Notes: generated from the sequence alone by a model not told the origin. Counted from the stretch's first letter, positions 36,432 to 46,322 are shown. The stretch is DNA of 64,000 bases from an uncultured Dehalococcoidia bacterium (GCA_964513735.1 CAZENU010000001.1:3-64002), one strand, 5' to 3'. Program-made: numbers and translations.

Positions 36432-37024
36432 GCTTCGAGCGACGCAAAGCCAGGATCGGGAGGGTCATCAGCGACAAGATGGACAAGAGTGTGGTGGTGC
36501 TCGTAGAGTGGCGCCGCACGCATCCCCTATACCGGAAATCCATGAGGCGGCGCAGCCGGCTGGTCGTCCATGACGCAGACAATAGCTGCCAGGTAGGAGA
36601 CCTGATCAGGATCATAGAGTCGCGTCCGATGTCGAAGACGAAGCGGTGGCGCGTCGCAGAGATCCTGGCGCGGCAAGAGATAGCCGAATTACAGCCTGAC
36701 GAGATCACGATCGACCAGTCGGTCGCGACCTCCGCCGGTCTCGGAGGGCCTGAGGCCGCCGAGCCGGCTCTCATGGAATCCGTGGCGGAAGTCGAGGCTG
36801 AGACTGAGCCGACCGGAGAAGAGCCCGAGGCTGAGACTGAGCCGGCCGGAGAAGAGCCCGAGGCTGAGACTGAGCCGGCCGAAGAGGAGCCCGAGGCTGA
36901 GACTGAGCCGGCCGAAGAGGAGCCCGAGGCTGAGACTGAGCCGGCCGAAGAGGAGCCTGAGGCTGAGACTGAGCCGGCCGAAGAGGACGCTGCCGAATCC
37001 GACGAAGGGAAGCCGGCACCGTGA
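36428..37024 (+). CDS. rpsQ: 30S ribosomal protein S17 with a roughly 113-aa acidic repeat tail
   Basis: Core [16 protein letters not shown]...[27 protein letters not shown], then an E/P/A/T-rich tail. ATGA overlap with rpmC and GTGA overlap with rplN. Confidence 0.93.
   Translation: MSFERRKARIGRVISDKMDKSVVVLVEWRRTHPLYRKSMRRRSRLVVHDADNSCQVGDLIRIIESRPMSKTKRWRVAEILARQEIAELQPDEITIDQSVATSAGLGGPEAAEPALMESVAEVEAETEPTGEEPEAETEPAGEEPEAETEPAEEEPEAETEPAEEEPEAETEPAEEEPEAETEPAEEDAAESDEGKPAP
36794..36991. repeat. six head-to-tail 33-bp tandem repeats (coding, inside the rpsQ tail)
   Basis: The unit is gaggctgagactgagccggccgaagaggagccc. Units 3 and 4 are identical, unit 5 has 1 substitution, units 1-2 have 3-4 substitutions, and unit 6 diverges in its last 4 nt. 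Confidence 0.95.
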
Positions 37025-37389
37025 TCCAGATATATACGAGACTCAAAGTCGCCGACAACTCCGGCGCGCGCATAATCAGTTGCATCGGCGTGCCGGGCGG
37101 CAGCGGCAGACAGTACGCGGGACTGGGTGACGTCATAGTCGCCTCAGTCAAAGAGGCCGCGCCGGCCGCCCAGGTGGGCAAGGGTGAGGTCGTAAGGGCC
37201 GTGGTGGTCCGGACCGTCAAGACCCATCGCAGATCTGATGGCTCTCACATACGATTCGACGACAACGCGGCCGTGATCCTCAACGAGGAGCAGCTGCCTC
37301 GAGGCACCCGGATATTCGGTCCGGTCGCTCGGGAGCTTAGAGACCGGAACTTCATGCGGATCGTGTCTCTGGCACCGGAGGTCCTGTGA
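37021..37389 (+). CDS. rplN: 50S ribosomal protein L14
   Basis: [16 protein letters not shown]...; GTG start. Confidence 0.97.
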   Translation: MIQIYTRLKVADNSGARIISCIGVPGGSGRQYAGLGDVIVASVKEAAPAAQVGKGEVVRAVVVRTVKTHRRSDGSHIRFDDNAAVILNEEQLPRGTRIFGPVARELRDRNFMRIVSLAPEVL

Positions 37390-37390
37390 G

Positions 37391-37702
37391 ATGAAGCTCC
37401 GAACCAACGATACTGTGCTCGTGATCAAGGGCCGGGACCGCGGGAAGCAGGGCCAGATCCAGCGTGTGTTGCTTAAGGAGAACAAGGTGCTGGTCGAGGG
37501 TGTGAATATCGTGAAGCGTCACACCAAGGCCACCGCCAACGTGCGCCAGGCCAGCATAGTGCAAAAGGAGCTGCCCATGAATGCAGCCAACGTCATGTTG
37601 ATCTGCACCCATTGCGGGCGGCCAACACGGGTGAAGACCGGGATCCTGGCCGACGGCACCAAGGCCAGGCTGTGCCGCAGTTGCGAGGAAGTGATCGAGT
37701 GA
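37391..37702 (+). CDS. rplX: 50S ribosomal protein L24
   Basis: [20 protein letters not shown] (KOW motif). Confidence 0.96.
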   Translation: MKLRTNDTVLVIKGRDRGKQGQIQRVLLKENKVLVEGVNIVKRHTKATANVRQASIVQKELPMNAANVMLICTHCGRPTRVKTGILADGTKARLCRSCEEVIE

Positions 37703-38532
37703 CCACCGAAGAGGTCCAAGAACAGAGCTCCGACGAGACCGCGAAGAGCGCCCCCACCACCCGGGCTACTCCACGAAAGCGGGCCAAGCCGAGTGCCAAG
37801 TCAAGCGCCAAGGCGTCCGGAGACGAGGCACCCAAAAAGCGCGCGACTTCCACTCGCAAGAAGGCGAGCGGTACTCAGTCGTCGCGCACCGGAGGGGCCC
37901 GGCGGGCAACATCGCGGAAGGCCGCGGCCGAACAGCCGGCCGAGCCGGCGACCGTCCAGGCAAAGACTACTCCCCGTATGCTCTCGCGCTACCGGGAAGA
38001 TGTCGCCCCGGCGCTGACGTCAGAGTTCAGCTACACCAGCGCCATGCAGGTACCGCGGCTCAACAAGATCACTCTGAACATAGGCCTCGGAGAGGCTGAG
38101 ACGAACGCCAAGGCCATAGAGAACGCGACACGAGACCTGGAGACGATAACGGGACAGCATCCGGTGACGACCAAGGCCCGGAAATCTGTCGCCGGCTTCA
38201 AGGTGAGAGAAGGCATGGTCGTCGGCATCACGGTTACGCTTCGGGGTCGCCGGATGTATGAGTTCTTCGACCGGCTGGTGAGCTCGGCTCTGCCCCGCAT
38301 CCGAGACTTTCGCGGACTATCCAGAGAGTCGTTCGATGGTCGCGGCAACTACTCGCTGGGGATTCGGGAACAGGTGATTTTCCCGGAGATCGACTACAAC
38401 TCCATCGACCGAATACGGAGCCTGCAGCTAGCGATAGTCACGTCGGCCTTCACCGATAGAGAGGGGCTGAGACTGCTGGACCTGATGGGAATGCCGTTCA
38501 CCCGCACGGCGGCCGACGAGGTCGCCGCATAA
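37699..38532 (+). CDS. rplE: 50S ribosomal protein L5, probably with a 93-aa basic N-terminal extension (conventional core would start at ATG 37978)
   Basis: Core [40 protein letters not shown]. The frame is open back to GTG 37699, which overlaps the rplX stop as GTGA. The stop is firm; the start is ambiguous. Confidence 0.85.
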   Translation: MTTEEVQEQSSDETAKSAPTTRATPRKRAKPSAKSSAKASGDEAPKKRATSTRKKASGTQSSRTGGARRATSRKAAAEQPAEPATVQAKTTPRMLSRYREDVAPALTSEFSYTSAMQVPRLNKITLNIGLGEAETNAKAIENATRDLETITGQHPVTTKARKSVAGFKVREGMVVGITVTLRGRRMYEFFDRLVSSALPRIRDFRGLSRESFDGRGNYSLGIREQVIFPEIDYNSIDRIRSLQLAIVTSAFTDREGLRLLDLMGMPFTRTAADEVAA

Positions 38533-38556
38533 GACTAGATCTGGCAAGAGGAGAAC

Positions 38557-38742
38557 TTGGCCAAAACATCTAAGATAGCGAGCTGGAAGAAGCCGAAGAA
38601 GTACCCGGTCAGCGCCTACAACCGCTGCAATCAGTGCGGCCGGCCCAGGGCCTACATCCGGCACTTCGGTCTGTGTCGTATCTGTTTCAGGGAGATGGCG
38701 CTCATGGGCCTGCTTCCGGGCGTGCGCAAGGCCAGTTGGTAG
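38557..38742 (+). CDS. rpsN: 30S ribosomal protein S14, zinc-binding type Z (61 aa)
   Basis: [10 protein letters not shown]...CRICFRE four-Cys motif; TTG start after GGAGAAC. Confidence 0.95.
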   Translation: MAKTSKIASWKKPKKYPVSAYNRCNQCGRPRAYIRHFGLCRICFREMALMGLLPGVRKASW

Positions 38743-38788
38743 AGCGGAGACGCGCCTTGCAGGCGCGAGCCGCCTTCGGGGGGGATGC

Positions 38789-39190
38789 ATGGCAGTTACT
38801 GATCCGATAGCCGATTTGCTGACCAGGATTCGCAATGCGATCATGGTCCGTCACGATACGTTGGAGATGCCTACCTCCAAGATGAAGGTCGCCATTGCGC
38901 AGGTCCTGAAGGACGAGGGTTTTCTCCAAGACTACGAGCTGGCGGACGAGTCCGCGCCGCAGGGCACCATCCGACTCTATCTTCACTACGGCGGGAAGGG
39001 AGAGCCGTCCATCGCCGGTCTGAAGCGGGTGAGCCGTCCCGGGCTGCGAGTATACGTTCGCAAGGGCGAGATCCCGCGTTATTACGGCGGGCTGGGGGTC
39101 TCGATCCTGTCGACTTCCCAGGGCGTGATGACCGGGAAGCAGGCGTGGCGTGAGGGCGTGGGCGGAGAGCTACTCTGCTACGTCTGGTAG
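38789..39190 (+). CDS. rpsH: 30S ribosomal protein S8
   Basis: [13 protein letters not shown]... Confidence 0.97.
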   Translation: MAVTDPIADLLTRIRNAIMVRHDTLEMPTSKMKVAIAQVLKDEGFLQDYELADESAPQGTIRLYLHYGGKGEPSIAGLKRVSRPGLRVYVRKGEIPRYYGGLGVSILSTSQGVMTGKQAWREGVGGELLCYVW

Positions 39191-39199
39191 GTAGGCAAT

Positions 39200-39745
39200 A
39201 TGTCTAGAGTAGGAAATCAACCGATAGCGCTGCCGTCCGGCACCAACGTAGAGGTGACGGAGCGCGAGGTCACCATAAAGGGGCCCAAAGGCTCGCTGAC
39301 CCAGACGATCCCCGGGGACATCCAGATCACGGCCGACAACGGGATCATGACGGTCACGCGGCCGTCTGACGAGCGCGAGCACCGGGCCCTGCACGGGCTG
39401 ACCCGCAGCCTGCTGGCCAACATGGTCGAGGGTGTTACCGAGGGCTATACCAAGGCGCTCGAACTGGTGGGAGTCGGATACAGGGTCCAGCAGAACGGCA
39501 AGGGTATAACGCTGAGCGTCATGTTCAGCCACACGGTGGACGTGCAGCCCCGCGAAGGGATCACGCTGGAGGCCGAAGGCAACAACCGAATTCACGTACG
39601 CGGCATCGACAAACAGGTCGTCGGCCAGACAGCCGCAGAGATCAGGTCGGTGCGCTCGCCCAACGCCTACACCGGAAAAGGGATCCGATACGCGGGCGAG
39701 CAGGTACGGTTGAAGCCGGGCAAGAGCGCCAGGAGAGAAGTCTAG
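39200..39745 (+). CDS. rplF: 50S ribosomal protein L6
   Basis: [14 protein letters not shown]..., C-terminal [14 protein letters not shown]. Confidence 0.97.
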   Translation: MSRVGNQPIALPSGTNVEVTEREVTIKGPKGSLTQTIPGDIQITADNGIMTVTRPSDEREHRALHGLTRSLLANMVEGVTEGYTKALELVGVGYRVQQNGKGITLSVMFSHTVDVQPREGITLEAEGNNRIHVRGIDKQVVGQTAAEIRSVRSPNAYTGKGIRYAGEQVRLKPGKSARREV

Positions 39746-39747
39746 GA

Positions 39748-40116
39748 ATGCCACGAGAAAAAAACGCCTGGGTCCTGCGGAGGGTCCGCCATCGGAGAGT
39801 GCGTACCAAAGTCCGCGGTACTGTCGAAAGGCCGAGGATGGCGGTGTTCCGCAGCCTGCGCCATATCTACGCCCAGGTGATAGACGACACCACAGGAGTC
39901 ACCATTGCCGCCGCCTCCAGCCAGGACGGCGAGGTTCGCAAGGAGCGTGACGGCAAGCCCAAGTCCGAGGTATCCAAGCTGGTTGGGGCGCTGATTGCCC
40001 AGCGAGCGCTGGCCAGCGGTGTCTCCCAGGTCGTGTTCGATCGGGGCGGCTACAAGTACCATGGCCGTGCCAAAGCGCTGGCCGACGCCGCCCGTGAAGG
40101 AGGGCTGAAACTCTGA
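39748..40116 (+). CDS. rplR: 50S ribosomal protein L18
   Basis: [18 protein letters not shown]..., [25 protein letters not shown]. Confidence 0.97.
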   Translation: MPREKNAWVLRRVRHRRVRTKVRGTVERPRMAVFRSLRHIYAQVIDDTTGVTIAAASSQDGEVRKERDGKPKSEVSKLVGALIAQRALASGVSQVVFDRGGYKYHGRAKALADAAREGGLKL

Positions 40117-40676
40117 TGACGATGAAGGCAGACTACTCGATTCGGCCTGACTACAAGCCCGATGAGTCGATGCTCAACGAGCGGGTCGTCAGTATCTCGC
40201 GCGTGTCCAAGGTCGTCAAGGGGGGCCGCGATCTAAGTTTCAACGCCATCGTTGTCGTCGGTGACGGCGACGGACACGTGGGCGTGGGCATGGGCAAGGC
40301 CAAGGCGGTGCCCGACGCCGTCAGGAAGGGCAGCACGAACGCTCGCAAGAACATGATCACCGTACCGCTGGCGCAGACGACGATCCCGCACGAGATCACC
40401 GCCACCTTCGGGGCCTCCCTGGTGATGATGCGACCGGCGCCCCCGGGCACCGGCGTAATCGCCGGCGGTGCCGTCAGAGCGGTGGTGGAGCTCGCGGGGA
40501 TCAAGGACATAGTCACCAAGATTCGGCGCAGCACCAACCCGGTCAACTCCGTCAAGGCCGCGCTGAATGGCCTGGCCATGCTTCAGGACCCCGAGCAGAC
40601 GCTCATGAGGCGCAGGCGGGTCGCCGAATCCGAGATGCCCAGGCGTATTGATCGCCGGGTACCGAGAAGAAAGTAG
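40116..40676 (+). CDS. rpsE: 30S ribosomal protein S5 (about 20-aa basic C-terminal extension)
   Basis: VSKVVKGGRDLSFNAIVVVGDGDGHVGVGMGKA. Confidence 0.96.
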   Translation: MTMKADYSIRPDYKPDESMLNERVVSISRVSKVVKGGRDLSFNAIVVVGDGDGHVGVGMGKAKAVPDAVRKGSTNARKNMITVPLAQTTIPHEITATFGASLVMMRPAPPGTGVIAGGAVRAVVELAGIKDIVTKIRRSTNPVNSVKAALNGLAMLQDPEQTLMRRRRVAESEMPRRIDRRVPRRK

Positions 40677-40688
40677 CAGACCCTCCCA

Positions 40689-40940
40689 ATGGGCAAGATA
40701 ACCGTAACCTGGAAGAAGAGCACTATTGGGTTCCCTCAGGACCAGAGGAGGACCATCGTCGGCCTAGGACTGAAGCGGCTGCACCATACCGTCGAGCACG
40801 ACGACACACCTTCCATCCTGGGCATGGTGAACAAGGTCCGGCACCTGGTCGAGGTGTCGGAGGTCGCCGAGCCGGCCAAGAGGATCCGCCGGTCTACCAC
40901 GCGAACGAAGGCGAGCAAGAAAAAAGATGAGACTGCATGA
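40689..40940 (+). CDS. rpmD: 50S ribosomal protein L30 (about 24-aa basic C-terminal extension)
   Basis: ITVTWKKSTIGFPQDQRRTIVGLGLKRL. Confidence 0.94.
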   Translation: MGKITVTWKKSTIGFPQDQRRTIVGLGLKRLHHTVEHDDTPSILGMVNKVRHLVEVSEVAEPAKRIRRSTTRTKASKKKDETA

Positions 40941-41373
40941 ACTCCGCCCCCCAATGGGGGCCAAGAAAGCCCGCAAGAGGGTCGGCCGCGGCGACAGCAG
41001 CGGTCACGGCAGCTACTCCGGCAGAGGCATGAAGGGCCAGAACTCGAGGAGCGGCGGCGGCGTTCGGCCCGGGTTCGAGGGTGGCCAGCAGCCTCTGATC
41101 ACGAGGCTGGACAAGCTGCCGGGCTTCACCAACATATTTCGCAAGGAGTTCACCGTCATTAACCTCGACCGGCTCGCCAAATTTCCGGCCAACAGCGAGG
41201 TGACGCCGCAGGTCTTGCTCGAGAGCGGGGCCGTGCGCGATCTTCGCAAGCCCGTCAAGGTGCTCGGCCGCGGTGAGATCGATCGGCCGCTGGTCGTGGA
41301 GGCCCACCGCTTCTCCGGCTCGGCCAGGCGCAAGATTGAGGAGGTCGGTGGCACGGTGAGGGAGATCAGCTAG
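40927..41373 (+). CDS. rplO: 50S ribosomal protein L15
   Basis: MRLHELRPPMGAKKARKRVGRG..GHG..SGRG.KGQ. Confidence 0.97.
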   Translation: MRLHELRPPMGAKKARKRVGRGDSSGHGSYSGRGMKGQNSRSGGGVRPGFEGGQQPLITRLDKLPGFTNIFRKEFTVINLDRLAKFPANSEVTPQVLLESGAVRDLRKPVKVLGRGEIDRPLVVEAHRFSGSARRKIEEVGGTVREIS

Positions 41374-42707
41374 TGCGTCAGGCGCAAGCATCATCGCCCG
41401 AGGTATCAAGGCCGCAGCTCATCCAGTCGATGATCGACGCGATGCGCGTGCCCGACCTGCGTGCGAAGATACTGTTCACCCTGGCCATGCTGACGGTCTT
41501 CCGGTTTGTGGCCCACGTGCCGGTCCCCGGCGTCGACATCCAGGCGCTCAACCAGGCATTCGAACAGCAAGCGCTGCTCGGCTTCTTGGACCTATTCAGC
41601 GGCGGCGCCCTCTCGCGCATGAGCGTGGCCGCCCTCGGCGTGTATCCGTATATCACGGCGTCCATCGTCATGCAGATTCTGGTGCCGGTAATACCCAACC
41701 TTAAGACGCTCAGCCAGGAGGGCGAGTACGGCCGGCAGCGTATCAACCAGATCACGCACTGGCTAACAGTGCCCATCGCATTCTTCCAGTCGGTCGGCCA
41801 GCTCTCGTTGCTACGACAGTCAGGAGTACTGCCCCAGAGCGATTTCGGCCTGAACCTGCCGACCATCGCGATGGTGCTGTCGATGGTCGCGGGCACGATG
41901 TTCCTGGTGTGGCTCGGCGAGCTGATCACGGAGCGCGGGCTGGGCAACGGGATATCGCTGATCATATTCGGCGGCATCGTCGCCGGGTTCCCGAGTCTGC
42001 TTGGACAGGGCTTCCTCGAACGAAACGAGGCCGGGGGGCTGCTTCTCCTGGCCGTGTTCGGCTTCGCGATCATCTACTTCATAGTCCTGTTCACCGAGGC
42101 CCAGAGACGGATCCCGGTACAGTATGGCCGGAGCATCTACCGCGGTGGCCGGATGCAGCGCCAGAGCGGCGCGACGTTTCTGCCGCTGAGGGTCAACTCG
42201 GCTGGGATGATCCCGCTGATCTTCGCCTCCTCGGTGATCATCCTGCCGATCACGATAGCCAGCTACTTCAGGAACCCGCTGAGCGACAACATCCTCGTAA
42301 GGACATCCCAGTGGATGGCCGACTCCCTGGACCCGGTGCGATTTCCTTACCACGGCGCCGTGTTCCTGCTCGTGGTGATATTCACTTTCTTCTATACGAT
42401 GATAGTGTTCCAGCAACAAAACCTCGCCGAGAACCTCCAGCAGAACGGCGGTTTCATCCCGGGAATCCGTCCGGGGCGCCCCACTCAGGAGTACCTGACC
42501 AGGGTGGTAATGCGAATAACCTGGGGCGGCGCACTGTTCCTGGGCACCGTGTCCATTCTCCCGTACTTCATTACGCAGGCAACCGACGTCCGGGCATTGA
42601 CGATCAGCAGCTTCAGTCTTCTGATCATGGTCGGCGTCGCTCTGGACACGATGCGTCAGCTTGAAGCGCAGCTACTGATGCGAAACTACCAGGGCTTCAT
42701 CCAATAG
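41373..42707 (+). CDS. secY: preprotein translocase subunit SecY
   Basis: 10-TM protein with LGVYPYITASIVMQIL and LGNGISLIIF motifs. The GTG start overlaps the rplO stop by 1 nt. Confidence 0.96.
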   Translation: MRQAQASSPEVSRPQLIQSMIDAMRVPDLRAKILFTLAMLTVFRFVAHVPVPGVDIQALNQAFEQQALLGFLDLFSGGALSRMSVAALGVYPYITASIVMQILVPVIPNLKTLSQEGEYGRQRINQITHWLTVPIAFFQSVGQLSLLRQSGVLPQSDFGLNLPTIAMVLSMVAGTMFLVWLGELITERGLGNGISLIIFGGIVAGFPSLLGQGFLERNEAGGLLLLAVFGFAIIYFIVLFTEAQRRIPVQYGRSIYRGGRMQRQSGATFLPLRVNSAGMIPLIFASSVIILPITIASYFRNPLSDNILVRTSQWMADSLDPVRFPYHGAVFLLVVIFTFFYTMIVFQQQNLAENLQQNGGFIPGIRPGRPTQEYLTRVVMRITWGGALFLGTVSILPYFITQATDVRALTISSFSLLIMVGVALDTMRQLEAQLLMRNYQGFIQ

Positions 42708-42733
42708 GCTACAGAGGCGTCAAGACTGTAAGA

Positions 42734-43381
42734 GTGATTCCGTTGAAGGTGATTCTGCTTGGGCCGCCCGGGGCTGGCAAGGGCACGCAGGCCGCCCGCC
42801 TGTCAGACGCGCTCGGCATTCCGAGCGTATCGTCGGGTGACCTGTTCCGGGACCATCAGCGCAGGAATACAGAGATGGGACAGCTCGCCCGCTCCTACAT
42901 GGGGTGTGGCGTGCTGGTCCCAGACGACGTGACCATCAGAATGGTTATGGACTGGATAGACCGCGAGGCCGGGTCCGGCGGGTTCCTGCTGGACGGCTTC
43001 CCGAGGACAGAGGCGCAGGCGGCGGCCCTGGACGCCGCCATGGAGGAAAGTGGCGGAATAGACAAAGCGATTTACATCAAGGTGTCCAAGGACGAGCTGG
43101 GGACGCGGCTCTCGGACCGGCTGGTCTGCACCGACTGCCAGATGCCCCACAGCGGGCGTGACCCCGATACGGCAGGCAGTTGTACGAGGTGCGGCGGCAA
43201 GCTGTACCAACGCGAGGATGACAAGCCGGAGGCCGTCGAGAAGCGCATTCAGGTCTACATGGAAGAGACGGCGCCGCTGGTGGAGCACTACCGGGAGGCC
43301 GGGATACTCGAAGAAGTAGAGGGCGAGCGGTCGGTCGAGGAGGTGGGACGCGATCTCACCGCGTTGATCAGCCTGATCTAG
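42734..43381 (+). CDS. adk: adenylate kinase (Zn-binding lid)
   Basis: P-loop GPPGAGKGTQ; lid CTDC...CTRCGG. Confidence 0.96.
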   Translation: MIPLKVILLGPPGAGKGTQAARLSDALGIPSVSSGDLFRDHQRRNTEMGQLARSYMGCGVLVPDDVTIRMVMDWIDREAGSGGFLLDGFPRTEAQAAALDAAMEESGGIDKAIYIKVSKDELGTRLSDRLVCTDCQMPHSGRDPDTAGSCTRCGGKLYQREDDKPEAVEKRIQVYMEETAPLVEHYREAGILEEVEGERSVEEVGRDLTALISLI

Positions 43382-43420
43382 ATAGAGCCTTAGATAGGAT
43401 GGAGTCGGGCCTGTGCTATT

Positions 43421-44278
43421 ATGATGCGTGCCCCTGACGCCTACTTGTCACAGTCCCCGGCCAACGGCGCAATAGACGAGTTGAAAACGACACTGAACGT
43501 GGGCAGCCACAACGGAATAACCATAAAGTCGGAGCGAGAGTTGGCCCACATGCGCGAGGCCGGAAGGGTTGTCGCGCAGACCAAGGCCAAACTCATGGAC
43601 GCTATCCGTCCGGGACTGACGACGGCCGAGCTCGATCGACTGGCGGAGAAACAGATCCGAGACATGGACGCCACGCCGTCGTTCAAGGGCTACACTGCGG
43701 GAGGGCCGACGCCGTTCCCGGCGACGATCTGCGTCTCGATCAACGAGGAGATCGTGCACGGCATTCCGGGCGACAGGGTACTCAAAGAGGGTGACGTGGT
43801 CAGCATAGACATCGGAGCCGTCGTCGGTGGGTTACACGCCGACAGCGCGCTCACCATTGGCGTCGGCGCGATATCAGCGGACGCACAGCGTCTACTGGAC
43901 GCGACCAAGGAGTCGCTCGAGACGGGTATCTCCCGGGCCAAAGCGGGCGGGCGTATTGGCGACATATCGGCCGCGGTGCAGCAGTACGCAGAGGCGCGCG
44001 GCTACGGTGTGGTACGACAGTACGTCGGCCACGGCATCGGACGTGCCCTGCACGAGGAACCGCAGGTGCCAAACTACGGCACCGCCGGACGCGGTCCCGC
44101 CCTTCGCGCGGGCATGACGCTGGCCATTGAGCCAATGCTGAATCTAGGCGGCTGGGAGGCTGTTCAGCTCGACGACGGTTGGACCGTGGTGACCGCGGAC
44201 GGTGAGTTGTCCGCCCACTTCGAAGACACCATCGCGATAACCAGCAACGGCGCGGAGGTACTCACGGCCCTTCGATAG
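43421..44278 (+). CDS. map: type I methionine aminopeptidase
   Basis: IKSERELAHMREAGRVV, metal ligands D..D..H..E..E in a typical context. The start is uncertain: the conserved core begins about 30 codons into the ORF and a TGCTATTAT -10-like box overlaps the ATG at 43421. Confidence 0.88.
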   Translation: MMRAPDAYLSQSPANGAIDELKTTLNVGSHNGITIKSERELAHMREAGRVVAQTKAKLMDAIRPGLTTAELDRLAEKQIRDMDATPSFKGYTAGGPTPFPATICVSINEEIVHGIPGDRVLKEGDVVSIDIGAVVGGLHADSALTIGVGAISADAQRLLDATKESLETGISRAKAGGRIGDISAAVQQYAEARGYGVVRQYVGHGIGRALHEEPQVPNYGTAGRGPALRAGMTLAIEPMLNLGGWEAVQLDDGWTVVTADGELSAHFEDTIAITSNGAEVLTALR

Positions 44279-44293
44279 GGACCGGGATCTGAT

Positions 44294-44512
44294 ATGCCCA
44301 ACAAGGAAGGCATAGAGGTCGAGGGCAAGGTGACTGAGTCGCTACGCAACGCGACCTTCAGGGTAGAGTTGGCCAATGGGCACAAAGTGCTGGCCCATCT
44401 CTCGGGCAAGATTCGCGTGAACTACATCCGGGTCCTTCCGGGCGATAGGGTCCTTGTCGAGTTGTCGCCCTACGACCTTACTCGCGGCAGGATCACCTAC
44501 CGTTTCAGATAG
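44294..44512 (+). CDS. infA: translation initiation factor IF-1
   Basis: 72 aa, [32 protein letters not shown]. Confidence 0.97.
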   Translation: MPNKEGIEVEGKVTESLRNATFRVELANGHKVLAHLSGKIRVNYIRVLPGDRVLVELSPYDLTRGRITYRFR

Positions 44513-44530
44513 CGAGGGTTCGAGGACAGC

Positions 44531-44644
44531 ATGAAAGTCTCAGCATCCGTCAAAAAGAGGTGCGCGAACTGCCGCATAGTCCGCCGCCACGGCAAGGTCC
44601 TCGTGATTTGCGACAACCTCAGGCACAAGCAGCGGCAGGGATAG
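44531..44644 (+). CDS. rpmJ: 50S ribosomal protein L36 (37 aa; below the ORF-track size cut-off)
   Basis: My own translation: [37 protein letters not shown](stop). CxxC...C...H zinc motif, in the expected slot between infA and rpsM. Confidence 0.93.
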   Translation: MKVSASVKKRCANCRIVRRHGKVLVICDNLRHKQRQG

Positions 44645-44669
44645 CCAGGACGGCATCGGGAGGTAGAAC

Positions 44670-45053
44670 ATGGCCCTGGTCTCGGGTGTAAACATCCCAG
44701 ACAACAAGCGGGTCGAGATATCGCTCAGGACGATCTTCGGGATCGGTGCCTATCAGGCTGCGGACGTGGTCGAGAAGGCCGCGATAGACGGCAATCCGCC
44801 CGTCCGGGACTTGAGCGAGGCGGAGCTCGGCCGAATTCGCGAGGTCATCGACCGCGAGAAGACCATTGAAGGCGATCTGCGACAAGAGACGAACATGAAC
44901 ATTCGCCGGCTGATCGACATAGGCACGTACCGGGGCCTGAGGCACCGGCGCGGCCTGCCGGTCAGAGGGCAGCGGACGCGCACCAACGCGAGGGCGAAGC
45001 GTGGCCGGAGGATCCCGGTGGCGGGCCGCAGGCACACGATAGCGCGGAAGTAG
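44670..45053 (+). CDS. rpsM: 30S ribosomal protein S13
   Basis: [16 protein letters not shown]..., [20 protein letters not shown]. Confidence 0.97.
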   Translation: MALVSGVNIPDNKRVEISLRTIFGIGAYQAADVVEKAAIDGNPPVRDLSEAELGRIREVIDREKTIEGDLRQETNMNIRRLIDIGTYRGLRHRRGLPVRGQRTRTNARAKRGRRIPVAGRRHTIARK

Positions 45054-45084
45054 GCGTAGCCCGATAGGAGGCGGAGAATCGTAC

Positions 45085-45471
45085 ATGACAACCAGATCTC
45101 GAACAAGGCGGCGCGAGCGTAAGTCGGTCCCCATCGGACGGGCTTACATCCAGTCGACCTTCAATAACACTCTGATCACCCTTACCGACGCCCAGGGCAA
45201 CGTAATCGCGTGGGGCAGCGGCGGGACAGTGGGGTTCAATGGCTCTCGTAAGTCGACGGCCTTCGCGGCCCAGAGGGCCGGCGAGGACGCCGCCCGCAAG
45301 GGTATGGAGCACGGCATCAGGCAGGTGGACGTATTCGTACGAGGTCCCGGTCCAGGCCGCGAGGCAGCCATCCGCGCCCTCCAGGCATCCGGAATCATGG
45401 TCACCAGCATTCGGGACGTGACCCCCATTCCACACAACGGCTGCCGGCCGTCCAAGCGGAGGCGCACGTAG
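45085..45471 (+). CDS. rpsK: 30S ribosomal protein S11
   Basis: [18 protein letters not shown]...[21 protein letters not shown]. Confidence 0.97.
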   Translation: MTTRSRTRRRERKSVPIGRAYIQSTFNNTLITLTDAQGNVIAWGSGGTVGFNGSRKSTAFAAQRAGEDAARKGMEHGIRQVDVFVRGPGPGREAAIRALQASGIMVTSIRDVTPIPHNGCRPSKRRRT

Positions 45472-45476
45472 TCCCG

Positions 45477-46322
45477 ATGTCGACTACTCCACCGGAAATG
45501 GGCCCGCCTGCGCTGTCGGAGCATAGTCTCGGAGGTCTCCTCGACGAGACCTTCTCGATCTACTTTCGCCACTTTTGGCGGTTCGCGAAGCTGTCCGCGC
45601 CGGTCCAGTTGCCCTCAGGTATCGTCTCGATACTGCTGCTGGAGCTGTTCCACGGCCCGGCGCTGACGGAAGCGGCCGCTTTCGTCGTCGCCGCGTTCGT
45701 TGGGATATTCGGTGCGGTCTTCCTGTTCGGCGCCGGGGCCACGGCGGTCGGCCAGCACTATGTGACCGGCGACATCGTCCTGCTGAGTTGCTATCAGAGG
45801 GCATGGTGGAAGGTGGTGTCACTTGCCATCATCGCCATCGTCGCCGCATTCTTTCTGCTGGTAGCGCCTATGGCCATGCAGGTGAAGAACGAGACGTGGC
45901 TCGCCGGGACCGCGGCCGTTGTGTTGATACCGGCATTCGCTCTTCTGATCTACTGGTCGCTGGCTGTTCAGGCGGTGGTCGTCGAAGGCTACAGTCCCAT
46001 GGAGGCCCTGCGTCGCAGCACCCGCCTCATCAAGGGCAACTGGTGGCGGATATTTGGAATCACGGTCGTCCTCGGGCTGATAGCAACCGGGCTGAGGCTT
46101 GTTGCGACCATCCCGTTCGTGGTGGCGGCCAGCATCGTGAGCACGGAGCCCGCTTCCAACGCTGCAGGTTCGATACTTGCGCTGGGCGGCGTTATCGTTG
46201 GCATTTTCGTCTTGCCGGTCCTGTTCATCGCAGTGACACTAGTGTACTACGACGTAAGAGTTAGGAAAGAGCACTTCGACCTTACGGCGCTGTCCCGCGA
46301 GATGGGACTGGCGACCACGTGA
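45477..46322 (+). CDS. polytopic membrane protein (DUF975 / GDPD-membrane-domain-like) embedded in the alpha operon
   Basis: About 6 TM helices. N-terminal FSIYFRHFWRF, mid ALRRSTRLIKGNWWRIFG, C-terminal LVYYDVRVRKEHFDL. These motifs recall the YciC/DUF975/PF10110-type family (assigned from memory). Starts 5 nt after the rpsK stop. Confidence 0.75.
   Translation: MSTTPPEMGPPALSEHSLGGLLDETFSIYFRHFWRFAKLSAPVQLPSGIVSILLLELFHGPALTEAAAFVVAAFVGIFGAVFLFGAGATAVGQHYVTGDIVLLSCYQRAWWKVVSLAIIAIVAAFFLLVAPMAMQVKNETWLAGTAAVVLIPAFALLIYWSLAVQAVVVEGYSPMEALRRSTRLIKGNWWRIFGITVVLGLIATGLRLVATIPFVVAASIVSTEPASNAAGSILALGGVIVGIFVLPVLFIAVTLVYYDVRVRKEHFDLTALSREMGLATT

Noticed and set aside
36794-36991. Could the 33-bp tandem array, or the 97-bp array at 27321-27530, be a CRISPR array?
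   Set aside because: The units are directly adjacent with no unique spacers. The 33-bp array is in frame inside rpsQ. No cas genes or leader are nearby.
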